DNA from: Candidatus Poribacteria bacterium
GTDB lineage: Bacteria > Poribacteria > WGA-4E > WGA-3G
Reading direction: 5' to 3'
NCBI GenBank assembly: GCA_965205025.1
Contig: CBDBFU010000008.1
Span: forward strand, 1-26,794
Length of the DNA stretch: 26,794 nucleotides
The stretch's first letter is position 1. The number at the start of each line of letters is the position of its first letter. The translations under genes and the position numbers were made by a program. Of this stretch, positions 7,540 through 17,025 are shown in pieces. The notes below the pieces were generated by a model. The model saw only the letters and a program-made list of their open reading frames with translations. It was not told the DNA's origin and ran no database searches.

Positions 7540-10500
7540 ATGATTAAGTTTAATCTGTGTTTAAATTTCGCTCTAATGCTGTTTTGGATCATAGGAATGT
7601 CCGTGTTCTATGGTTGTGGTGCACAAAGTCTCGGTCCGTATGAGCCGTTATTACCAGCAATTGACGGAGATGATAAATTCTCAGATAGATTCCAATTGGA
7701 CGAAGAACCCAATTTTTATTATGATCTTTACGGAAAAGAAATAGTCGAAGGGACAGAACTCAACAGGTATAGTGATCAGAAACATTTTGATAAAAACGGT
7801 AAATTGGTAGTAGGTTGGACAGGTCAACTTGATAGTCTACGTTTCACTTCACAATTAGACCGTACTATTATAGTTGAAGAAACTTTTCTTGGAAGATATA
7901 CTGAGTTTGCTATTGGAGATCACTTACGACTTAAACCATCTACCTTGTTTCCAAATCGATACATTATATATAAGACAGAATTCGACGGTTTACGATGGGA
8001 TATTTCTTTTGCACAAGAACACCATCTCTTTTCACTTATTCACTCACGAATCTCTAATCCCATTAGAATTACAGATGCTATTCCAGGGCAAAGACTCGGT
8101 GGGGAACTTGGACGCCGAAATGGATTGAACCTGTTATCTGGTGTCAGGAATATTGAAAATGCCAGACTGGTTGGGTTTCGTGGACAAGGATTAATTGGGG
8201 AGTTATTTCGTGTAGGATTTACGTATGTAAATATGCATAAGGAACATCCAGAGAGATTAATAGGCTCATTGATGGGGACCGTTGCGAATACACCACCCGA
8301 AGTAATATCTGTAGTTTTCCGTGATGACTCTCCCGAAGATAACCATACAGACCTATTTACAGATTTTGATAATTATGATCCTGATTTACATCACGGAAAT
8401 ATCCAAGAAGGTGTTGGTGTTGCATTTAAAAGCATGAAGATCACTATAGTTACTCAAGAACTTGAAGAATTGATTCCTGAAGATATTAAAGAGGGAATTG
8501 AACCAGACCACCTACCAGAAGAAACACGCTTCATTGAAGTCGATGCCGACCAAATCGTACCTGTTGATCACGCTGGAGGTCCGTCAGTTATACGCGATTC
8601 TATCGATGGGAAGTGGAAGATCGTCAGTGGTTTCAATAAGATGAAATATGACTTGAATCTCACTGATCAAAGTATAGATATAGACCCACGAACTGTTAAA
8701 TCTGTTGTGTTTGATATGGTTGTTGCAGGGGATTATAACATTGCTGTCATCGGATTTAGTGAGGCAAATAAATCTGAATCAAACCCCTCATTGCAAGAGT
8801 GGATTAAAACTGCGGATGGACATATTCAAATACCTTATCGGGATATTATTCAAGCACCTGGCAATTATGGACAATCTGATGAATACGTTACTAACAGACG
8901 AAAACTCGCTAATAATCCCAGTAAGTGGACTGGTGAAGGAAGACCTCGGAAAATAAGATATCGTTATGGTAGCGCACGAGCTGCTACTCTATACGGAATT
9001 GACATTGAAGGAACGGTGGGTAATGTCCGCATCAGAACACAGTATTCTATTAATGGAAAATATAAACAGTATCCAACAGTGCCAAAAGATAAGGTAGGGT
9101 TTAGTCGTAAGGAGACTATAGTAAAAACACCAAGTGGAGACGAAGAAACAGGTGTATCCCTTGATAGAAGTACCGGACTATATGTAGATTCAAAGGGTAT
9201 TCCTACTTACTCCGAAACCGAAGGCGAACGGTTCGAGACTCTTTTGGGAGGAGACGGAACTGAAGAGGATGGAGATGGAATACTCAGTAGAGAAAAAGCA
9301 TGGTTTATTCAACTTGAATCGCGCTTTGAAAAACTTCACTTAGAGGGTGTTTTATATCACATTGATCCAGGATACACAACTAACTATCTGAATTTTGGGG
9401 CACATCCGGGGAGAGATCAACTTTACACACTTAATCAACCCCAAGGAAATAACCAAATTCCTCCTGAAGTAGATTCATGGGATGAAGGTATCTACAATTT
9501 GGTTGAGGATGACGATGATGGCGATGACTGGCCAGATGACATTGACTTTGATGGACTCATCCCACGCGCAGATGACCGAGACCAGAACGGGGTATTAGAT
9601 TTCCAAGAAGACTTCCTTATTTTTGATGCTGACCCACCAGTGTTTACAAACATTACTGACCTGAACAATAATGGGATTGTTGATTCCATTGAAGATGACT
9701 ACGAACCTGAATACGAATATGGAATAGATCGTAAAGGCTACCACCTTAAAGCAGAATACGATCTACTTGACAATCTTGCTCTCAAAGTAGGTTGGATAAA
9801 CGAGCGGGAAATTTCAAGTAGTCGTAAAAACAATTCCAAATACATACATCTCACCTATGAACGAGACATCCCTGATTTCGGTAGTTTTTTCTTTCAGAAT
9901 AGATATGTTAGGGCACAAGATGATATTCCTGAATACACAATTGCCTTACCTGTTGGGGAATTGGAACCAATCCATTTTAATGATGAACTTGATTATTACA
10001 ACGCTCGCGTGAATACAACAACTCTCCAATTTGTCTACACTGCTGTGAAGAACTTGACGCTTGAAGCAAAAGCATTAGTTGTTATGCATAAACAATTTGA
10101 ACAGGATGTGGAAAAAGCACTCTTTACAGATATTGAATATGATCCTGGGACAGAGAATTTTGAACCTGATGAACGGGTAGACTTTATGGTGCCAATAGAG
10201 CAGGTACGCGCTATTGGAGATAGGAAAATACACCCTTTCTATCCAGATCACGGATTAAATGCATTGGATCCAAACGATACAGGTTTAATATATGATGATT
10301 CAAACTGGAAAAAACGACGTTATGCCGAACAGGTCAAACGCAATCAACTAACAATTCTAAAAGCAAGGTACGAAATTCCACTGGGTAATCTTCCATTAAT
10401 CAGAAATTACAGCGAAGATTTCTCGCTTACGCCTATGGTAAAATATGTCTGGGAACGTGCTTTTGATAGAGATGGTGATGAAATACCAAAAATACTCAAC

Positions 10501-10881
10501 CCTAAATTGTATTTGCCAACCGATGATCAAACTATTGAATATTTACGGTTCAATAGAAGGAGTCGTGAGGATATCCTCGGGTTTCGACTGGATTATCAGT
10601 TTACACAGAGATTTAAAATTCTCGGTGGATTTCAATATAGAAAGTTTACCAACCGAAATAAGATCTATAAGAACTACCTACGAAATTTTCCTGTGGAAAC
10701 TGAAATACCATATTTACACCGTCCTGACCTACGTACTCGTATTTTTGAAATTCAAGCAATTAATAGGGGAAGTTGGCTCGGTTTCTATATTGTAGTACTC
10801 TCAGGACACCGTATAACCAACAATCTATTCCAGCACACGATAAGTAATACCACCTATGTACGTGCAATGGTTGGATTCTAA
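7540..10881 (+). CDS. Large hypothetical envelope protein, probable outer-membrane beta-barrel with Ca-binding acidic repeats
   Basis: 1113 aa; GAGGA RBS; signal peptide with possible lipobox FYG-C. Amphipathic hairpins (YHLKAEYDLLDNLALKVGW; LGFRLDYQFTQRFKILGGFQYRKF); C-terminal YVRAMVGF; DxDxNG-type motifs. The ORF is certain, the function is inferred. Confidence 0.65.
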   Translation: MIKFNLCLNFALMLFWIIGMSVFYGCGAQSLGPYEPLLPAIDGDDKFSDRFQLDEEPNFYYDLYGKEIVEGTELNRYSDQKHFDKNGKLVVGWTGQLDSLRFTSQLDRTIIVEETFLGRYTEFAIGDHLRLKPSTLFPNRYIIYKTEFDGLRWDISFAQEHHLFSLIHSRISNPIRITDAIPGQRLGGELGRRNGLNLLSGVRNIENARLVGFRGQGLIGELFRVGFTYVNMHKEHPERLIGSLMGTVANTPPEVISVVFRDDSPEDNHTDLFTDFDNYDPDLHHGNIQEGVGVAFKSMKITIVTQELEELIPEDIKEGIEPDHLPEETRFIEVDADQIVPVDHAGGPSVIRDSIDGKWKIVSGFNKMKYDLNLTDQSIDIDPRTVKSVVFDMVVAGDYNIAVIGFSEANKSESNPSLQEWIKTADGHIQIPYRDIIQAPGNYGQSDEYVTNRRKLANNPSKWTGEGRPRKIRYRYGSARAATLYGIDIEGTVGNVRIRTQYSINGKYKQYPTVPKDKVGFSRKETIVKTPSGDEETGVSLDRSTGLYVDSKGIPTYSETEGERFETLLGGDGTEEDGDGILSREKAWFIQLESRFEKLHLEGVLYHIDPGYTTNYLNFGAHPGRDQLYTLNQPQGNNQIPPEVDSWDEGIYNLVEDDDDGDDWPDDIDFDGLIPRADDRDQNGVLDFQEDFLIFDADPPVFTNITDLNNNGIVDSIEDDYEPEYEYGIDRKGYHLKAEYDLLDNLALKVGWINEREISSSRKNNSKYIHLTYERDIPDFGSFFFQNRYVRAQDDIPEYTIALPVGELEPIHFNDELDYYNARVNTTTLQFVYTAVKNLTLEAKALVVMHKQFEQDVEKALFTDIEYDPGTENFEPDERVDFMVPIEQVRAIGDRKIHPFYPDHGLNALDPNDTGLIYDDSNWKKRRYAEQVKRNQLTILKARYEIPLGNLPLIRNYSEDFSLTPMVKYVWERAFDRDGDEIPKILNPKLYLPTDDQTIEYLRFNRRSREDILGFRLDYQFTQRFKILGGFQYRKFTNRNKIYKNYLRNFPVETEIPYLHRPDLRTRIFEIQAINRGSWLGFYIVVLSGHRITNNLFQHTISNTTYVRAMVGF

Positions 10882-10969
10882 ACTACAAAATACAACCTTA
10901 TACAGAATATTGATTCTCTACAAAAAGGTTCAAAAAATAATAATCATGACATCATTATGGTGATTAACT

Positions 10970-13354
10970 ATGCTAACTAATTTCCGATGTTGTTATCGGG
11001 TGTATATAGCGGTATTTTGTGCCATTTTCCTTACCAACAATGGGGATGCAATTGAACCTATTGCCACTATTGGACAACCGACTCCAGACTACCATGCCTT
11101 TCTTACAAACAACACTATTGTTCGCACAGTTTCTACACATATTCAGATTGTTGATACGGATACAGGGACAGTAATAGATGAATTTGCCAATAAAACTGAT
11201 GAAATAAGGGACGTAGTTTTTAACGCGAATGCATCACATTTAGCAATTCAGAATTATTTCAGCAATCCGAAAAGGTATACTATACAAATTTGGGATGTCA
11301 ACACACGCCAACAGATTTCTGAATGGGAGGTCGAAAATAACTATCAATTCGCTGCATTCAGTCCTACGCAACCCCATTTTGTCACCTCTATTGATGATGA
11401 GATATTTTTATGGAATTGGAGAACTGGAAAACTAATAGGCAACTTGGTAGGAGAACGACGTCGACTAAGGTCATGTTCCATCTATACAAATCCAGAGGGA
11501 ACAACTACTATTACAAGGTGTTCCAGATTACCAAACGATAATCAGATGGTGTTTACACCTGATGGAAAACATCTGTTCATAGCATCACAACGACCAGATA
11601 TAGAAGTATGGAGTATGGAGACACGCGAATTGGTAGGACACTTTCAAGGACAACATAAAGCTGGGTGGGTTGATGGTTTGGCTATAAACCCAAATGGAAC
11701 ACTTATCGCCTCATTTGAAAGTATATCTGGCACTATTTATTTCTGGAATGTTAGCTCAAGACAACTACTATGGAAATCAAAAAATGGCATTGGAGAGATT
11801 ACAGATATAGCATTCAGTCGAAACAAACAACATTTGTATGTTACCACAACGACAGTTCGCAGATTAGGATTTGACGAATTTCCTGATGAAAACTGGGATG
11901 ATAAGGTACGTGTGTGGGATGTTGATTCAGCACAACAGATTGATACATTTAACACTGAATTCCATGGGTTAGATGCAATATATCTATCACCAGAAGGTGA
12001 TACAGTACTACTACAATATGCAGATGATGTTGTGTTATGGGATATAGAGAAAAAGCAGCAACTATACAAGTGGTCAGATTTTATCGGATACAAGTTCTTA
12101 ATTGATGTTGCTCTGAGTCCGAACGGAAAGACTGTAGCCGCATTATCTGAACATAGTCTAAAAATGTGGGATGTAGCAACACAGCAGATGTATTTACAAA
12201 CTATAGCAAATGGTTTTATAAACCATGGAATGGCAATATCTCCAGACAACCATACAGTTGCTATTGGCAAAGGACAATGGGTTGAAATTCTTGACAGTCA
12301 GACAGGTCAAGTTGAAGTTAAACTAATCTCACCGTTTAATGGACCTGTAAAAAAAATGATCTTCAGTCCTTCGGGTAGATGGCTTGCAGTGTCCGATGGT
12401 TACCGTGAACTCACAATCTTAGATACTACTAAACAAGATAACATCAAAAACCCTAAACTCGAAACTCACCCCATAGGAAATAAAGGGTACAATGAATTCG
12501 CTTTTAGTAATAACGACAAATACTTTGTAGCTTCTAAGCGACCTGATAAGAATAACAACTATAAATATTGGATGCAGTTGTGGAAACGGCAAGTTGATAA
12601 ATTTGTCTACCAATATGCATGGGAGGTACAAGGAGAAAAAAATAGACCACACCCAACACCAACTTTCACAACTTCAGTTGGCGGTAATACTCTGTTAGCA
12701 GCCGCAGCAGGAGAGAGAATCCATATTTGGAGACTTGGTCAAAACAACGCTCAATTAATTAAAACGTTAGATGAAAATACATCTAAGACAAAGTCGTTTT
12801 CTCAAGTATATGGACCACTAAAATTTACTACAGATAGTCGTTATCTCATAACTCCATACCAAATTTGGGATTGGAAAGCAAATAGACCTATAAAAAATAC
12901 AACCTTTCCTAACTATGAAGATATCAGTCAGGATGGATCAGTTTTACTCTCATACACTGAAACGGGACAATACCAAATCTGGGACATAAAAGATCTACTC
13001 TCTATGCTGCCTTATTCTGTTGAACCCAAAGATAAAAAGTTTGTTACACTCGGTCAGTTAAAACGGAATCAGCTACTACAGAACTTTCCCAATCCATTCA
13101 ACCCAGAAACATGGATTCCATTCCATCTTGCTGATGAAAACACTGTTACAATAAGCATATATTCAGCAACCGGAGAGTTAGTTCGATCCTTATTACAGGG
13201 AAAGATGTCTGCAGGTGATTATACCTCACGATCGAAAGCTGTATATTGGAATGGTCGTAATGAGAACGGTGAAAAGGTTAGCAGCGGTGTCTATCTCTAT
13301 ACAATCAATGCAGGTGAGTTCTCCGCTACACGAAAATTGCTTATCCTTAAGTAG
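10970..13354 (+). CDS. Secreted WD40-repeat protein with C-terminal FlgD-Ig / T9SS type-A-like sorting domain
   Basis: Signal peptide; many WD-type repeats (IQIWDV, VRVWDV, LKMWDV, FSPSGRWLA). C-terminal LLQNFPNPFNPETWIPF...YWNGRNENGEKVSSGVYLYTINAGEFSATRKLLILK. Confidence 0.88.
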   Translation: MLTNFRCCYRVYIAVFCAIFLTNNGDAIEPIATIGQPTPDYHAFLTNNTIVRTVSTHIQIVDTDTGTVIDEFANKTDEIRDVVFNANASHLAIQNYFSNPKRYTIQIWDVNTRQQISEWEVENNYQFAAFSPTQPHFVTSIDDEIFLWNWRTGKLIGNLVGERRRLRSCSIYTNPEGTTTITRCSRLPNDNQMVFTPDGKHLFIASQRPDIEVWSMETRELVGHFQGQHKAGWVDGLAINPNGTLIASFESISGTIYFWNVSSRQLLWKSKNGIGEITDIAFSRNKQHLYVTTTTVRRLGFDEFPDENWDDKVRVWDVDSAQQIDTFNTEFHGLDAIYLSPEGDTVLLQYADDVVLWDIEKKQQLYKWSDFIGYKFLIDVALSPNGKTVAALSEHSLKMWDVATQQMYLQTIANGFINHGMAISPDNHTVAIGKGQWVEILDSQTGQVEVKLISPFNGPVKKMIFSPSGRWLAVSDGYRELTILDTTKQDNIKNPKLETHPIGNKGYNEFAFSNNDKYFVASKRPDKNNNYKYWMQLWKRQVDKFVYQYAWEVQGEKNRPHPTPTFTTSVGGNTLLAAAAGERIHIWRLGQNNAQLIKTLDENTSKTKSFSQVYGPLKFTTDSRYLITPYQIWDWKANRPIKNTTFPNYEDISQDGSVLLSYTETGQYQIWDIKDLLSMLPYSVEPKDKKFVTLGQLKRNQLLQNFPNPFNPETWIPFHLADENTVTISIYSATGELVRSLLQGKMSAGDYTSRSKAVYWNGRNENGEKVSSGVYLYTINAGEFSATRKLLILK

Positions 13355-13415
13355 GAGGGAACGCAGAGAATCGATCTTTCTTCCTCTTCTGTAGGAGGGG
13401 ATTCCGATCCACGAT
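13351..13415 (+). repeat. Two degenerate GTAGGAGGG-headed REP-like units
   Basis: GTAGGAGGG at 13351 (overlapping the TAG stop) and at 13391, 40 bp apart, each unit ending in CGAT. Confidence 0.45.
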
Positions 13416-13466
13416 ATCTTATACCATTTCTGGTAATTAAAGTCTCATTAATAGAATCTCTTCAAT

Positions 13467-13490
13467 GTAGCATAAACTTCTAGTTTGTGC
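13467..13490 (+). repeat. GTAG-type REP-like hairpin, copy 2
   Basis: GTAGCATAAAC-TTCTA-GTTTGTGC, one mismatch to copy 1. Confidence 0.75.
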
Positions 13491-13596
13491 AGTATTTTCA
13501 TGACATCACACATAGAAAAATAAAACTAAAAATACAATAACCAAAAATGAGTGAAAAAAATATTGAAGAAAACCAAACTATAACACAACTAAAGAT

Positions 13597-14731
13597 ACGA
13601 CTTGTGCCAGTTAACTTTATGTAAAATATCTAATACTATTATGCGTAGACAACATCTTTGAGTGCCATTAACTTTCGTCCTAAACACTTATTCAAGAAAA
13701 CACCGAGTGTATAACCACTAAACTTATTGCTCAAACGTGTCCTAAATCCCCAATGGGTCCGAGCTCGGATGCGTCCAATGTTAAACTGATTTGAAAGTTG
13801 ACTTATCGTAGTCTCAATACGCCTTCGTATCTTTTGATGTAGCTTTTGAAATGACTTCGGGTATTGTTCTTTCTGATTCGTACGCCGCGTCGGTAATAGA
13901 CATACATTATACTGTTCAAGGAGTTCTGCCTCAAGTTTTTCAGATATATACCCTTTGTCTCCGATGATAACAGGATAAGTGCCTCGTTCACAAAACAATG
14001 GAAGCACTTGTCGATCATCTGTATCTGCTGTAGCGACGGCAAAATCAACAGGGAGTCCATAAGTTGTTGTTATCAAACTACCCCGGAACCCGAAGAAGGT
14101 ATCAAGTCCCTTTGTAGCACACTTCCCGTAAGTTGCCAAAGTGCCATTACCATCAGCACATTTCAAAGGTGAAGCAGAAGTTGGGACTCGTTTGAAATCG
14201 CAAAGAGGTATAGGAAAACTATCAACAATGTAAATGTCATCATCCGGTAGCATTTTTACGAGGACATTTCGGAGTTTTTCGCTTGCAGAGCACAAATTCC
14301 TTCGCCTTTGATTGAAACGAGAGCGTTCTGGCAATGTGGAAACAGATGACCGAGTTGTACTTTCACAAGTTTGTATCCTGCGAGTTCGCTGTCTTTTCCT
14401 ATGAGTTCGAATAGCCATGCGATTGTAATAATGTCGCTATCTGGGCAGGGACTGACGGGGCCTGGTCGAAGCGTTTCCGCTCTGGGAAAGTAGGTATCAT
14501 AAAGTTTGGCAATGATTTTCTGACAGACACTGGCAACTTTTTCAAGTGTTCGTTCATTATTTTTGAGTTGCATAACATACTTTTCTAATGTATCCTTTAG
14601 TTCCATCCTTATAGTTCCTTTTTATTTGTAGATTTACTAAAGGATACCATAAGGATGGATCTAATAAAAAGAAAAAGATTAAACTTGTGAATTTCAATAT
14701 TACATAAAAAGAACTAACTGGCACAAGTCGT
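13597..14731 (-). mobile_element. IS982-family insertion sequence (1135 bp)
   Basis: Perfect 17-bp TIRs ACGACTTGTGCCAGTTA (13597-13613) and TAACTGGCACAAGTCGT (14715-14731); 5'-AC termini; encloses a DDE transposase. No clear TSD. Confidence 0.9.
13639..14606 (-). pseudogene. IS982-family transposase, split by a 1-nt deletion at ~14333
   Basis: ORF 14256-14606 (...DSDIITI...LGHLFPH) joins ORF 13639-14418 (LPERSRFNQRRRNL...IVDSFPIPLC...IGDKGY...RRRIET) if one T is restored (CAT TTG read as CATTG). Confidence 0.85.
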
Positions 14732-14903
14732 GACTTTAATTATATTTAATGGTATTCTATTGAAGTATGCATTTTGTTCCGATATCGAATATATTCAATC
14801 ACGTGAAATCCAAAGTTAAGTGTTAGATTTAGTTTAATATAATTGAACCATATAGTTTTGTACAATTTGATTTTCATTTTGACAATTATTTTCATATTAT
14901 TGT

Positions 14904-14934
14904 GATATATGTATATTAGATATATGTATATTAG
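14904..14934. repeat. 15-bp tandem duplication
   Basis: GATATATGTATATTA twice in perfect tandem. Confidence 0.7.
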
Positions 14935-15253
14935 TTGTTAGGTATTTATGTTTTCTTCATTTTATTTTTTAATAAATTTACTTTGGGTAAATTCGAAAGG
15001 GTCATTAAACGTCAGCAGTCACTTGAATCAAAACTACATCAATACACATTTCGCCCCGCTGTGGCTACGCTTTGGTCCATACAAGTTTATTTTCCTCTGA
15101 GTGGGATTGACGTGAGAAACGTGGCAAAAACCAGAAACCCTTTGAAAAAGGTGAAGCCCTCTCAGAAATTGTACAAACTATAGTATGGTTTAATAAGAAT
15201 ATCTGTTTCATTTGATAGTTATTGTAACCTGATCTTTTAGTTAATACCAGAGT

Positions 15254-15278
15254 GCACAAACTGGAAAGTTTGTGCTAC
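15254..15278 (-). repeat. GTAG-type REP-like hairpin, copy 3
   Basis: Minus strand reads GTAGCACAAAC-TTTCCA-GTTTGTGC with a perfect 8-bp stem. Confidence 0.75.
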
Positions 15279-15512
15279 AAAGACTATCTTCAGGACAAAA
15301 TTCTGTTTATCGAACTGACATTTTTTATTATCAAACTGACGTTAGAATAATAACGTAATGTTTAGTAACAAACACTTTACATACCCTTATCTTAATTTAG
15401 ATTTGCATTGTTGACAGAATATCTGTTATAGTCCGTAATTTGACTTGTAATCATAGATAGAAATGATTATACTTAAAAATACTATAGCAAAATCTCAATT
15501 GAAAGAAATTCA

Positions 15513-16259
15513 ATGTATTCAGTAGACAAGTTAAGAATAAAAGACCTACCAAAAGATGAACGTCCTCGTGAACGCCTGTACAAACTTGGTCCCTCACATT
15601 TAAAAACTTCTGAACTTTTAGCGATTATTCTAAAAAGTGGCTTCCAAGGTACAACGGCATTAGAACTTGGTGAACAGATCCTAACTACTTATGATAATGA
15701 TCTTAAACGAATGTCAGAGAATAGACCCAAACAGTTTGAGTCAGTAAAAGGAGTGGGATCCGCCAAAGCAGCACAATTGGTAGCTGCATTTGAATTAGGA
15801 AGACGTTTAGCAAAATCACATTCCGAACGAATTAAAATAGGGTCACCAAAGGATGTCGCTGATCATCTGATGCCAATTATGCGCGACCTACGTAAAGAGG
15901 TTGTTTGTGTAATGTGTCTTGACACGAAAGGTGGTGTTGCAAGTCAAGGAATTGCTGGAGACACCGATAATGAGGTCAGTTGGGGTAAGAAATTATCAGA
16001 GGATACTATATTTGAAGGGACACTAAATGCAAGCGTATTCCATCCACGTGAGATTTTCAGATTTGCTATTGAGGAATCCGCAAATTCTATAGTCTTGGCA
16101 CATAACCATCCATCAGGGGATCCTCAACCCAGTCAAGAAGACATTCGTGCCACAAAACAACTTATTGAGGCTGGTAATTATGTTGGAATTAAAGTATTAG
16201 ACCATATTATTATTGGTGATGGTATATTCTATAGTCTAAAAGAAGAAGGAGTTATTTAA
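15513..16259 (+). CDS. radC: RadC / UPF0758 JAB-domain protein
   Basis: IKDLPKDERPRERL, ELLAIIL, HhH motif VKGVGSAKA, ELGRR, GTLNASVFHPREIF, HNHPSGDPQPSQED, LDHIIIG. Confidence 0.95.
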   Translation: MYSVDKLRIKDLPKDERPRERLYKLGPSHLKTSELLAIILKSGFQGTTALELGEQILTTYDNDLKRMSENRPKQFESVKGVGSAKAAQLVAAFELGRRLAKSHSERIKIGSPKDVADHLMPIMRDLRKEVVCVMCLDTKGGVASQGIAGDTDNEVSWGKKLSEDTIFEGTLNASVFHPREIFRFAIEESANSIVLAHNHPSGDPQPSQEDIRATKQLIEAGNYVGIKVLDHIIIGDGIFYSLKEEGVI

Positions 16260-16989
16260 CTCCACGTTGCCTTATTACCTCGTATAACAATACACCAGCA
16301 GCCACTGATACGTTCAAAGAACTGATTTGTCCCAACATAGGTAGATGTACCATATAGTCACATTTCTGCTTAACGAGGCGTCGAATTCCCTGACCTTCAT
16401 TACCTAAGACAAGACATAAAGGTACAGTAAAATCAGCAGATGTATATGTTTGATCCGCATCATCTGATGTCCCAACGACCCAGACACCTACAGTTTTTAG
16501 TTTTTCTATTGTTTGGGCAAGATTTGTCACCTTTGTAATTGGAGTATATTCTGCACTACCTGCTGCTGCTTTATGTACTGCTGGAGTTATATTCACAGCA
16601 CTGTTTTTAGGTATTAACACACCATCTGTTTCGGTGGCGTTTGCTGTTCTGAGGATTGCCCCTAAGTTTCTTGGATCTTGTATCTGATCTAACATAATCA
16701 GAACTGGTGGAACATCTTTTTTCTTTTTAATTTTTTCCAACAATACTGATAAGTCTGTATATTGAAATTCACTAATGTCAGCAATTACACCTTGATGGTT
16801 TGTATGATAACTATCAAGGTGATTTCTGGAGCACCGTTGATAGGGAATTCCTTTCTTCTTTGCTGTTCTAATGATTTCTTGAAGACGGGGATGCTGGTTG
16901 TCTTTGGCAACCCAGATTTTATCAATTGTCCGCGAATTGCTTAAGATTGCTTCCATGACAGGATTTCTTCCTACAATTTTATCGGGCAT
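16252..16989 (-). CDS. rlmB: 23S rRNA (guanosine-2251-2'-O)-methyltransferase, TrmH/SpoU family
   Basis: GRNPVMEA, HQGVIA, LDQIQDPRNLGAILR, LVLGNEGQG, SLNVSVAAG. Start at 16989 is favoured by the GAGGA RBS (ORF extends to 17004). Overlaps the radC 3' end by 8 nt. Confidence 0.93.
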   Translation of the reverse strand: MPDKIVGRNPVMEAILSNSRTIDKIWVAKDNQHPRLQEIIRTAKKKGIPYQRCSRNHLDSYHTNHQGVIADISEFQYTDLSVLLEKIKKKKDVPPVLIMLDQIQDPRNLGAILRTANATETDGVLIPKNSAVNITPAVHKAAAGSAEYTPITKVTNLAQTIEKLKTVGVWVVGTSDDADQTYTSADFTVPLCLVLGNEGQGIRRLVKQKCDYMVHLPMLGQISSLNVSVAAGVLLYEVIRQRGVK

Positions 16990-17025
16990 AGTGTTCCTCA
17001 TCATAGTGATGCATGTGGATAATTC

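Larger units (their letters stand above)
13421..14755. mobile_element. ~200-bp MITE (ATACCATT...AATGGTAT family) interrupted by IS982
   Basis: Left end ATACCATT-N5-TAATTAAAGTC (13421-13444) is the inverse of GACTTTAATTA-N5-AATGGTAT (14732-14755), 19/24 match. Same end type as the intact element at 20383-20497. Confidence 0.7.

Noticed and set aside
14256-14418. Programmed frameshift in the IS982 transposase
   Set aside because: No slippery heptamer at the junction, and IS982 transposases are normally single ORFs. A 1-nt deletion or sequencing error is simpler.
14992-15170. Possible 6S RNA-like rod or c-di-GMP-I riboswitch (TTCGAAAGGGT...ACCCTTTGAA; AAACCCTTTGAAAAAGGTGAAGC)
   Set aside because: Pairing is patchy, the GACGCAAA/P2-P3 core of the riboswitch is missing, and the region is better explained by repeat debris. 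An Rfam cmscan would settle it.
14935-15259. Short ORFs 14935-15183 (+) and 15065-15259 (-)
   Set aside because: No RBS or recognisable motifs, and they run across repeat elements.
15513-16259. radC as a marker of a prophage/ICE or defence island
   Set aside because: It is the full-length chromosomal form with HhH, sits next to rlmB, and has no integrase or defence genes nearby.
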